Assembly (NCBI GenBank): GCA_951406725.2
Contig: OX597827.1
Location: 35,402,001 to 35,466,000 of the forward strand
From: Octopus vulgaris
Lineage: Eukaryota
Length of the DNA: 64,000 bases
Direction: 5' to 3'
Both the position numbers and the translations under genes were made by a program. The notes under the pieces were generated by a model. It did no database searches. It was not told where the DNA came from and saw nothing but the letters and a program-made list of their open reading frames with translations. Shown in pieces: positions 52,696 to 64,000 of the stretch (position 1 is the first letter of the stretch; every line of letters begins with the position of its first letter).

Positions 52696-53491
52696 CATTG
52701 CTTCAAATCTTAGAAATGACTAAACAGTGCTAGATCTACTCTTTTATGACATTTAGTTGTTGTAATTACGCTCCTTTAATATCTAAAAATCAAATCCCGC
52801 CGAACTCTTCTTTTGGCTTTCATAACTTCTAAGTTTAACAATGGTTGATCAAAATATAATACCAGTCTTTCTGGCGTCGGATTAATCGTCTATGCACTTT
52901 CTCAAAGTGGAACTCATTTAGGGTAAACAGTATCACGATCACCGGACAAGTGATAGAAGCGTGACTTGAGCGGTGTGCTGATATCTGTGTTGTCTTTCTC
53001 CTTTGGTTCGTGGCCGTGTTAAAAATCAACATGATAATAAATTGTACTTGGTCTTATGTTGTGAAATGAGTATACACTTCTTCTTCCCCACATCATCAAC
53101 TATCTTGCTTAAGTTTTAAGATGGCTTAACACTTCAGCGCTCATCTTAGTAATCTCATCGTTCACGAAAAGAAAGTAGAAGAAAAATAATGAATGATATT
53201 AATTATACATTAGTACTAGACGAAATGCATTGCCAATAATACAAGTGCCAATCTATACAATAATCTATGACCTTTAGAGGTTCGCTTATGTTCAAGTAGC
53301 TGACTAGATGTAATACAACACTTACCGTCACTTAAGTATCAATTAAAGGCCACCATCTTGCTTTTAGGGCATATATAAGCATGTAACTGCCAGCGTGATG
53401 TGTTTTATACTAAGCCTGTTTGAGTGCTTAACGGTTGCGTATTAACCCAAGTTACTTTCTCTTATCTACAATTAGTTCTTGTGTGAAAAAA

Positions 53492-53849
53492 ATGTTTAAT
53501 GCCAAAATATGAGACATGCCAAGTTAAAAGAGCTAATAGAGTCCTCATCTTCCTTCTTCTTCTTCTTCTTCTTCTTCTTCTTCTTCTTCTTCTTCTCCCC
53601 CTTCTTCTTCTTCTTCTTCTCCCCTTCTTCTTCTTCTTCTTCTTCTTCTTCTCCCTCTTCTTCCTCCACTTCCTCTTCTTTCTCTCTCCGCCTCTTCTAC
53701 ACCATCTTCCTCCTCCTCCTCCTCCTCTTCCTCATCTCCTACCTCCTCTTCCTTTTCATCTTTCTCCTCCTCTTCCTCCTCATCGTCATCGCCTACCTGA
53801 GAATTTTAACTCCTTTCACTTGGCATGCTTCATATTTTGGCATTAACAT
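53492..53849. repeat. Inverted repeat of about 45 bp enclosing a (CTT)/(CCT) polypyrimidine tract
   Basis: atgtttaatgccaaaatatgagacatgccaagttaaaagagctaa versus tttaactcctttcacttggcatgcttcatattttggcattaacat. Confidence 0.85.
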
Positions 53850-54165
53850 AGAATTGTTTTCTTTTTTATTTAACACACAAAATTCAACTGTAGTTAAAAT
53901 AAGACCAGTTGGCTAAACGCCGCATGTTATTAGAAGACAACAAAGTCGAAGTAAAAGATCCTGCCTTCAAGCAAACCGTAGATAAAATGATAATGAGATA
54001 AAGTTGACCTACTCCACATATCTGATAGGAACCTGATAGAAAACTACAAAATGACAACAATGCAACTAGAAAATATTTGGAAGCAGGCAAAGGAGAACTG
54101 GCAAGTGTAATAATAAAACTTAAACCCTTCTACATATACACGACTACACGCGCGCACTCACATGC

Positions 54166-54213
<48 letters not shown>

Positions 54214-54602
54214 CAGAGAAAGAGAGTGTAACAATGAAGTACTAGAAACTACGTAGACGAAGAATTTTTAGATAAGTAGAAACAGGTGAAGAGGTTAAAA
54301 CAACAATCCAAGACAAAATCAAACCAGAATTCCAAAATATTTTTATAGCAAAAGATGAAAAGAAAAGCCATTCACTCGCGTGATGGAACAAATACAATGA
54401 CACGCATACACAAACATACAGACACACGCACCCACGTATGTGTGTATATACGACAGGCTTCCACGCAGTTCTCGTCTACCAAGTTCATTCACAAAGCATT
54501 GGTCATCCTGGGGCTAGAGTAGAAGACACTTGCCCAAGGTGCTGTGCATTGGGACTAAACTTGAAACCATATGGTTGCAAAGTGAGCTTCTTGACTACAC
54601 AG

Positions 54603-54814
54603 CTCTTTTGCTCTTTTACTTGTTTCAGTCATTTGACTGCGGCCATGCTGGAGCACCGCCTTTAGTCGAACAAATCGACCCCAGGACTTATTCTTTATAA
54701 GCCTAGTACTTATTCTATCGGTCTCCTTTGCCGAACCGTTACGTTACAGGGACATAAACACACCAACATCGGTTGTCAAGCGATGTTGGTGGCGGGGGGT
54801 GGGAGACAAACACA

Positions 54815-54912
<98 letters not shown>

Positions 54913-55050
54913 CGACGGGCTTCTTTTCAGTTTCCGTCTATGAAATCCACTCACAAGGCTTTGGTCGGCCTGAGGCTATAGTAGAAGACACTTGCCCAGG
55001 GTGCCACGCAGTGGAACTGAACCCGGAACCATGTGGTTGGTAAACAAGCT
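54603..55050 (-). mobile_element. SINE B with internal (CA)n(TA)n, next to an older head at about 54445-54600
   Basis: Consensus motifs in both halves. Confidence 0.9.
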
Positions 55051-55729
55051 ATGCTTACAATATATGTCTACTTTGTTGCCCACACGTGATTATCTTTAAC
55101 GGTTGCCCCAGTCCTTGTCAGGCGCGTATATGGTCACAAAGACCATAGAGTTGTTTGTTTTATTCACTGAGAAATATACCGACACTTTTGCATAAAAACG
55201 GGTCAGTGGTTTAAGCATGTTCCAAACAGGTATTACTACATTAGCATCATAGCCGTTAAGCACTTGACTGTGTGAGAGGAAGCTTGGTTCTCAACCACTT
55301 GCTTCCAGGTTTGGTCCCACTGTGTGGCACCTTGGTCGAGTATCTTCTCCTAGAGCCTCAGGCTATGATGAACCTGGTGGACAGAAACTGAAAGAAGCTC
55401 GTCCTCTGTTTGTGTGTGTGTGTGTGTGTGTGTGTCTCTGTGTGTGTGTGTGTGTGTGTATGTGTGTGTCTGTGTCCGTGTGTATGTGTGTGTGTGTATT
55501 TGATCCCCACCTGCGCTTGACAACCAGTGTCGGTGTGTCAGTGTGTTTACACTCTGTAACTTAACGGTTCGATAAAAGATACCTGTAGAATAAAGTACCA
55601 GACGTTAAAAAAAAGTACCGGGTTCGATTCATTCCACTAAAACTTCTTCAAGGCGGTGCCCCAGCATGGCCGCAATCTAATGATTGAAACAAAAGATAAT
55701 AGATAATGCAGTATATGTGATATTGTGGT

Positions 55730-55747
55730 GGTGTTGGTTGTTGTTGT

Positions 55748-55815
<68 letters not shown>

Positions 55816-55828
55816 ATAGCAGCAGCAC

Positions 55829-55872
<44 letters not shown>

Positions 55873-55885
55873 ATAGCAGCAGCAC

Positions 55886-55952
<67 letters not shown>

Positions 55953-57450
55953 GACGGCAGTAGTTGTTGTTTTTGTTACTTTGTAGTAGTGATAGTAGTA
56001 ATGGTAGTGGTAGTGGTATTAGCAGTGACGGTAGTAGTGGTGGTAGTGATGGTAGTGGATAAAAGGACACTGATGGCCACCAAGTAGCGATGACGATAAT
56101 AAAAAGGAGTGAAGCAGAAAGACTGATGTCTTTGATATTAGCATAGAACATTGATGCATAAAGATATAAATGGACAACGCCATGTCTGTTGACAACCACA
56201 ACACTAGTATCGCATCATCTCCACCAGCATTATCATCAGAGCTGACAGCACCACCACCACCACCACCACCACTACCACCACCACACCATCATGGAAATCA
56301 ACACCACCACCATCTCATCACTAGAACAACCTCTGCCACTACCACCAACACTATCATAAGCACTGTCATCAGAACCAACTCCGCCACCATTCCACCACTC
56401 CGTCACCGGAGCCACCACCAACACCGCCGCCGCCACCGCCATCACCACCGCCACCACCACCAACATTCACCACCATCACCACCACCATTCTCCAATTATC
56501 ACTTTCGATACAAGGATGCTTGCAACCAGCGTACCATAATTGTCACTACTTATATATTACCAACACCAACACCACTACTACTACTATTACTACTACAGTT
56601 GCTGTTGCTACTATCATCACTACTGTCGTCACTAATCAAACCACCACCGCCACCATTACTACTACAACCACCCACCACCACCAGCACTATTATCACCTTC
56701 ATCATTACCACCAACACTACTACTACTACTACCACCACCACCACCACCACCACCACCACTACTACTACTGCTACTACTACTACTACTACTATTACTTGCT
56801 GATATAAACCACCGCTTACAACTCACACTACCTCCCATGCCACAATCACTTCCACTACTGCCACCACAAACACCTTTACCAACACCGACACCACCATCAG
56901 CACATCATGATCTTTACCAACAACAACAACAACAACACTATGACCACCAGTACCAACACCAACACCTCCTTCGCAACCAGCAACGCAACTAACATTCCAC
57001 GACGATCACCAGGACGTGCGTTAAAGGTGCTTAAAATAGAGTTAGAGTTCCTCTTCCCCTCGATGACTCATCGACAACAACAACGTCAACGATGTCAACA
57101 ACAACAACACCAAGAGCAGTCACCACAAATAAACGGTGAGAGCCGCAGTAAATCCAGCCATAAATGCAACAGAAGCAGTAACAGACAGAGCAACAACCGG
57201 AAGGCAGTGGTGCATACGGCGGAATAGAACAACAGCAGCAATAACCAGGGCAACAGCAGCAACAATATACACGATAACAGCAGCAATACTTTCGACCACA
57301 ACAGCAGAAATAAACACGACAAAAGCAATAAAGACCTGAGTAGTCACAATAAGCACGACAAGAGCGACATCAATAAACACAATAATAAACACATTAACAG
57401 CAATGCACACAGAAGTAGCAGCAATATGCACAACAATAACTGTAATAAAA
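55730..57450. repeat. Extended cryptic triplet-repeat region (GTA/GTG, CAC/TAC, CAA/CAG)
   Basis: Direct reading. Confidence 0.9.
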
Positions 57451-57460
57451 AAAACTCAAG

Positions 57461-58112
57461 AGGCGCAGGCGTGGCTGTGTGGTAAGAAGAAGGCGGCGAA
57501 CTGGCAGAAAAAGGCGGCGAGCTGGCAGAAACGTTAGCACGCCGGGCAAAATGCTTAGCAGTATTTCGTCTGCCGTTACGTTCTGAGTTCAAATTCTGCC
57601 GAGGTCGACTTTGCCTTTCATCCTTTCGGGGTCGATAAATTAAGTACCAGTTACACACTGATGTCGATGTAATCGACTTAATCCGTTTGTCTGTCCTTGT
57701 TTGTCCCCTCTGTGTGTAGCCCCTTGTGGGCAGTAAAGAAATAACAAGATTGCAGCGAGCTGGCAGAAACGTTAGCACGCCGAGCGAAATGCTTAGCAGT
57801 ATTTCGTCTGCCGCTACGTTCTGAATTCAAATTCCGCCGAGGTCGACTTTGCCTTTCATCATTTCGGGGTCGATAAACTAAGTAGCAGTTACGCACTGGG
57901 GTCGATGTAATCGACTTAATACCTTTGTCTGTCCTTGTTTGTCCCCTCTTTGTTTAGCCCCTTGTGGGCAATAAAGAAATAAGAAGATTGCTTCTCAACC
58001 ACATGGTTCAAGTTTCAGTCCCACTGCGTGGCACCTTCGGCAAGTGTCTCCTACTATAGCCTCGGGCTGACCAGAACCTTGTGAGTGGAAACTGAAAGAA
58101 GCCCGTCGTATG

Positions 58113-58155
<43 letters not shown>

Positions 58156-58370
58156 TTGTGTGTTTGTGTCTGAGTTTGTTCCCCCATCCCACCATTGCTT
58201 GATAACCGGTGTTAGTGCGTTTACGTCCCCAACCGATGGATAAGTACTAGGCTTACAAAGAATAAGTCCTGGGGTCAATTTGTTTGCCTAGAACCCCTTA
58301 AGGTGGTGCTCCGAGCATGACTTCAGTCAAATGACTAAAACAAGTAAAAGAAGTAAAAGAATAAAAGAAT
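57461..58370 (+). mobile_element. SINE B interrupted after about 30 nt by two tandem SINE A copies (57490-57982)
   Basis: ggcgcaggcgtggctgtgtggtaagaag | SINE A x2 | aagaagattgcttctcaaccacatgg; aagaag is duplicated. Confidence 0.88.
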
Positions 58371-58495
58371 AACAGCAGCAATAAACACATCGATAACAAA
58401 TCATACAGCAGCAGCAGCAGCAATAACAAATACAGCAGTAGAAACAGCTGCAAAAACTCATCAGCGGCTGTAAACAAAACAACAGCGGTTATATA

Positions 58496-58908
58496 TATTC
58501 TTTACTGCCCGCAAGGGGCTAAACGTAGAGGGGACAAACAAGGACAAAGGGATTAAGTCGATTACATCGACCCCAGTGCGAAACTGGTACTTTATTTATC
58601 GACCCCGAAAGGATGAAAGGGAAAGTCGACCTCGGCGGAATTTGAACCCAGAATGTAAAGACAGATAAAATACCTATTTCTTTACTACCCACAAGGGGCT
58701 AAACACAGAGGGAACAAACAAGGACAGACAAACAGATTAAGTCGATTATATCTACCCAAGTGCGTAACTGGTACTTAATTTATTGACCCCGAAAGGATGA
58801 AAGGCAAAGTCGACCTCGGCGGAATTTGAACTCAGAACGTAACGGCAGACGAAATACCGCTAAGCATCTCGCCCGACGCGCTAACGTTTCTGTCAGCCCG
58901 CCGCCTTT
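58496..58908 (-). mobile_element. SINE A dimer with 16-bp TSD
   Basis: TSD caaca(g/a)cggttatata at 58480 and 58909; junction aaatacctatttctttac. Confidence 0.9.
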
Positions 58909-59111
58909 CAACAACGGTTATATACACAGCAAACATATACAACAATTACAAAAATCACGAAAAGAAGAACAATAATAATATCAGCAGCAACAACAACAAC
59001 AACCACAAACGTCAGAAGAATTACAGCAACACCATCACAGCCAAAAATATCATGAACGGCAGCGACAGAAGCCACAACAACAACGAAAACAGTAACAGCA
59101 ATAACAATAAC

Positions 59112-59186
<75 letters not shown>

Positions 59187-59269
59187 GACAACAACAATAA
59201 CAACCATAATAATAACAGCAACAACAATAGAAACAACAGTTACAATAACAATAACGAAATTAAGGATTT

Positions 59270-59494
59270 CTCTTTCTTTACTGTTTTACTTGTTTCAATC
59301 ATTTGACTGCGGCCATGCTGGAGCACCGCCTTTAGTCGAGCAAATCGACCCCAGGACTTATTCTTTGTAAGCCTAGTACTTATTCTATCGGTCTCTTTTG
59401 ACGAACCGCTAAGTTACGGGGACGTAAACATACCAGCATCGGTTGTCAAGTGATGTTGGGGGGACAAACAGACACACGAACATATACACACACA

Positions 59495-59569
<75 letters not shown>

Positions 59570-59731
59570 GATGGGATTCTTTCAGTTTCCGTCTACCAAA
59601 TCCACTCGCAAGGCTTTGGTCGGCCCGAAGCTATAGTAGAAGACGCTTGCCCAAGCTGCCACGCAGTAGGACTGAACCCGGAACCATGTGGTTGGTAAGC
59701 AGGCTACTTACCACGCTGCCACTCCTGCGCC
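59270..59731 (-). mobile_element. Full-length near-consensus SINE B
   Basis: Head ggcgcaggagtggc, internal (TA)n, tail. Confidence 0.92.
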
Positions 59732-59883
59732 TAACAACGGCAGCAACCAACGACAAGAATTTAGAAAATTAGAAGAAACACGTGAAAATTTATTCACCCG
59801 AATTATTTGTAACATTTTCAGCAACTGAATTTGCAGCTGCTGTTATTGCTACTGCTGCTGCCGCTTCTACTGCTGCTGCTGCC

Positions 59884-59899
<16 letters not shown>

Positions 59900-59914
<15 letters not shown>

Positions 59915-60011
59915 ATGACAATGTTTTCGGTGATGGTAGTAGTGATGATGATGATGATGGTGATGGTGATGATGATGATGATGACAATGTTTTCGGTGAT
60001 GGTAGTAGTGA

Positions 60012-60045
<34 letters not shown>

Positions 60046-60104
60046 GGTGGTGATAGTGATGGTGATAGTGATGGTGATGATCATGATCATGATTATGATG
60101 ATGG

Positions 60105-60137
<33 letters not shown>

Positions 60138-60233
60138 CAATGTTTTCGGTGATGGTAGTAGTGATGATGATGATGATCGTGATGGTGATGGTGATGATGA
60201 TGATGATGACAATGTTTTCGGTGATGGTAGTAC

Positions 60234-60282
<49 letters not shown>

Positions 60283-60337
60283 GGTGGTGATAGTGATGGT
60301 GATGATCATGATCATGATTATGATGATGGTGATGATA

Positions 60338-60377
<40 letters not shown>

Positions 60378-60440
60378 CGATGATAATGATGACAATGTTT
60401 TCGGTGATGGTTGTAGTGATGATGATGATGATAATGATGC
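59900..60440. repeat. (GAT)/(GGT) repeat with a hierarchical unit marked by gacaatgttttcggtgatggt x5
   Basis: Marker at about 59917, 59982, 60135, 60208, 60391. Confidence 0.9.
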
Positions 60441-60601
60441 TGGTGCTGCTCTTGCTGCTGCTACATCAGTAACACGTCCAGTTACTATGACAACTGTAGT
60501 TCTTCTATTGCAACCTATCTCTTACTCTGTACCTCAATGCAATTCTGCACCATTTACAACAACCCCGTTTTGTAGTCAGACCAACGAGTGTCAAGTGTTG
60601 G

Positions 60602-60645
<44 letters not shown>

Positions 60646-60922
60646 CAGTGACAGGCAGAGATACACACCAGACTCTTGTTTGTAGATGAACAACCTCTTG
60701 TAGATGGATCGGACTTATATCTGTATATCTTATACCACAAAGGGCATATGCGTGTGTGCGTGCGTGTGTGTTTGTGTGTGTGTGTATGTGTGTGTGTGTA
60801 GATATATAAGATAAATAAGATAGATGCATATATAGATTATTGGTACATGCATGTAATAATACGTATGTATATGTGTGCATTATATGTATACTTATATATA
60901 TGTCATTGTGTGTATATGTGTA

Positions 60923-60973
<51 letters not shown>

Positions 60974-61004
60974 ATGTATATATATATATGTATATATATG
61001 TGTA

Positions 61005-61049
<45 letters not shown>

Positions 61050-61055
<6 letters not shown>

Positions 61056-61740
61056 CGGTGAATATATTGTCGTTTAAATTACGCAAAAATGAAAATAACA
61101 CTGACATCTCATTTTAACAGATATATTTGACCAAAATTACATAAAAATATCTTGAAATACAAGAGAGTAAATTTATTCAATAAAATTGCCATTGGCTTCA
61201 ACTACAGCCTCCAGACGACTTTGGAATCTCCTGCAACTCTTCTGAATGGTTTCTTTGTTTAAGTTAGTGAATGCTGCCATAATCCTTGCTTTCAGTTCAT
61301 CTTCGGTGTTACAAGGAGTTTTCTTGGTCTCTCGCTCAACTGCGCCCCACACATAATAATCAAGGTGGTTGCAGTCTGGTGCGTTTGGTGGCCAGTTGTT
61401 AGGAGTGATGTGGTCGCAGAAATTGTCTAACAGCCATGACTGGGTTCTTCTGCTTGTGTGGCATGGTGCAGAGTCCTGTTGCCAGAGATGGGGTCTCCCG
61501 GCAGCCAACCTCTTGACATTGGGCAGCAGTACGTCCTCCAGGCACTTGATGTAGGCCTCCGTGTGAAGTCTGGTGCCGAGTGGGAAGATGAATGGAGGAA
61601 TAACGTCGCCATCACTAGTGATCAATCAACACACCATGATGTTGACTGGATGTTTGAGTCTTATCACTCTCGGTACAGGTTTTGGGGAGAGGGCAACCCA
61701 ACGGTCGTTCTGTGTGTTCACCGTCTGTTCGTATAGGCGC
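61050..61740 (-). mobile_element. 3' part of a DD37D (maT/Bmmar1-like) transposon
   Basis: WQQDSAPCH..WPPNAPDCNHLDY with 37 residues between the two D; end lies in (TA)n; no partner TIR seen. Confidence 0.85.
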
Positions 61741-61809
61741 TTCCGGTACGAATGCCAAGTAGTATAACATATCGTTTCTAAATTTCTGGCTGAGTGAATT
61801 CTTTTCTAC

Positions 61810-62010
61810 TCTTTTCTACACAAGGCCCGAAATTTTTGGGGCGGGGACCAGTCGATTAGATCAACCCCAGTACGTAACTGGTACTTAATTCATCGACATT
61901 GAAAGGATGAAAGGCAAAAATCGACCTCAGTGGAATTTGAACTCAGAACGTAAAGACAGACGAAATACCGCTAAGCATTTCGCCGGCGTGCTAACGTTTC
62001 TACAAACTCG
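61810..62010 (-). mobile_element. SINE A copy
   Basis: gaaaggatgaaaggcaaa..gaatttgaactcagaacgt..cgtgctaacgtttc. Confidence 0.85.
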
Positions 62011-62252
62011 TCAGCACTCCTGGCAGAACGAATTGCGTCATAGTACTGTTTTTCTCACAAACTGTGCCCAACTGACCCTACTATACTGTGAAGTCGACAA
62101 AATCAAAAACAAACAATGCGCATGCGTGCAATTAAAAATATAAAATGGCGACAATTAACCTATCGCACCCTCAGTGTGTGTGCGCGTGTGTGTGTATAAA
62201 CACACATACATACACGTACACACTTTCATATACAAGCACATACATACATACA

Positions 62253-62284
<32 letters not shown>

Positions 62285-62481
62285 CAGGGTATGCCGGGTA
62301 TTCGTGAGCAATTTTATTGAGCCATAAATAGAAAGTTTTATTGAATAGTATGTATCTTTAAAATATCGGATTACATATAGTTTTTCTTAAAATTTTGTTC
62401 TCAATTCATACATACATACATAAATGCATACATACATACCTACATACATACGTGCGTATGTGTGTGTGTGAGCACGCGTGT

Positions 62482-62557
<76 letters not shown>

Positions 62558-63139
62558 GTGTAACACCTTTTGAATCAGTATTTTATGGATTGTCGAGACA
62601 GATTTGTCTGGTTCCCTGCCTGAACATACATACAGCAGTGGTTCCTACACTTTTTTGCCCCCTTGGAACCACATTCCCACCACAAACATGACCATTTTCT
62701 GCAGCAAATTCAAAACAAATGTATTTCACAAAAAAATCCATTTATTTTGTTGATTTTACATCCATCTCCCCCTTTTGGCCACTCCATTATCACTCCACTT
62801 TTCTCTACAACTCCCTAGATATTTCCACTGCCCCAAGGGCTGTGGTGAGCCGTACAGTCCACTTCGAGAACCACTAATCTACAGGTAGCGTGTGGGGGAG
62901 AGAAAAGGAATCAGGAGATATGGTCCGAATTGCTTGCCACGGAGTTTGACTCCACTGAAAAAAAACAAGTATCAAGTAGTGATGGAAACTGAATTCCACG
63001 TTAACTCACATGTGTTATCTCGGCAATAATGATCTAGAAATTGTAATGATGACATTTAATACAGTTGGGGATTCGTTTGAAAGATTTGGCTGACGTTTTT
63101 AACAGATCGAATAAATAGAGTAGGATGTCGCATAAAATA

Positions 63140-63367
63140 ATCCCAAGACGGATTTCTGAAGCCGAGCCAACTGGTAGGAGACTAGGGGTAGATTAAATGG
63201 TTGGATAAGATCCACAGTCCCAGTTGATCACACTTGAAACTGCAGCAAGAAAGCATAATGGTTGCTGCTTCTGATAGGAGCCTATGAAAGAGTCGACTGA
63301 GGACCCTACACACACGCCCCTCCCAGGAATAGTGGGCGGAGAAGAGGGATGAATGAAGGGATGGATA
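63140..63367 (+). mobile_element. 3' end of an RTE-clade (Rex3/Expander-like) LINE
   Basis: WLDKI..IMVAASDRSL*KSRLRTLHTRPSQE, followed by a ggatgaatgaagggatggat tail. Confidence 0.55.
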
Positions 63368-63826
63368 CTCCTTTTAGTTATCGGTGGTGTTTGGTGTGTG
63401 GATTTAAAACATGGCATTAAAAAGCAAACTGGATGCTTCTGGTCAATGGTGCCGATTTTAGGTAATAAGTATTATATGGAACCATTCTGTTACTACTACA
63501 AACGTTTAGGATCGCTCGTAGCCGCCAATAATATCAAACAGCATTGGTCCACGTTATCGATTAACGTGACTTAGCACTGCATTAATGTTCTAGCCTGGAA
63601 TACTCGGTAAATAAGTTGTCAAACATCACACGCTCAGTCTCCTACTTACAACACACCAACACAATAACAAATCAACAAAACAAAAGAGACATGTAAATTG
63701 CTTAAATAATATTGAACAGTCGTCGCCTCTTTCCCATCAAACGTCATGTACAGCTGTTTTCTGTTTTATCTATCTTATCTGAAATTGAACAAAAAGATCT
63801 AAACCAGGTGTGCTCTCATTTATGAC

Positions 63827-63898
<72 letters not shown>

Positions 63899-63944
63899 CA
63901 ACAACAACAACAACAGCAACAACAACAACAGCAACAACAACAGC

Positions 63945-63980
<36 letters not shown>

Positions 63981-64000
63981 AATAATAATAATAATAATAA
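63827..64000. repeat. (TAA)n/(CAA)n microsatellite
   Basis: Direct reading. Confidence 0.97.

Noticed and set aside
53890-54400. A-rich coding-like stretch, perhaps an old LINE
   Set aside because: Many stops and no recognisable motif
56170-56802. 210-aa Pro/His/Thr-rich ORF
   Set aside because: Cryptic CAC/TAC repeats with several overlapping open frames and no domain or splice evidence
59900-60440. Regularly spaced 21-bp motif as a CRISPR-like array
   Set aside because: Spacers are simple GAT/GGT repeats, the context is eukaryotic, and there are no cas genes
62283-62310. tacagggtatgcc as partner TIR of the DD37D element
   Set aside because: Same orientation as the 61050 end and diverges after a few bases

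Overview
AT-rich, gene-poor animal DNA, most likely cephalopod (octopus-like). That assignment is inferred from the extreme microsatellite density and the tRNA-derived SINE families; it was not checked against a database. I found no convincing host protein-coding exon, rRNA or true tRNA, and almost all listed ORFs are translations of simple repeats or SINEs. The window is a dense TE landscape. It holds three abundant tRNA-headed SINE families and one older dispersed repeat. The LINE remnants are R4/Dong-like and HERO-like (restriction-like endonuclease) plus an RTE 3' end. There are at least three Penelope-like (GIY-YIG) elements, a full-length DD36E Tc1 element, a DD37D (maT) fragment, several MITEs and Helitron ends. 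Highlights: (1) three well-formed and several degenerate minimal type-I hammerhead ribozymes with palindromic helix III, in Penelope-type cassettes sitting in (TA)n; (2) apparent partitioning of microsatellite targets (TAA, TACA, TA) among retroelement lineages; (3) SINE concatemers with a recurring base-exact junction that moved as units; (4) locally templated inverted and direct copies at insertion junctions. Coordinates were read by eye and may be off by a few bases.
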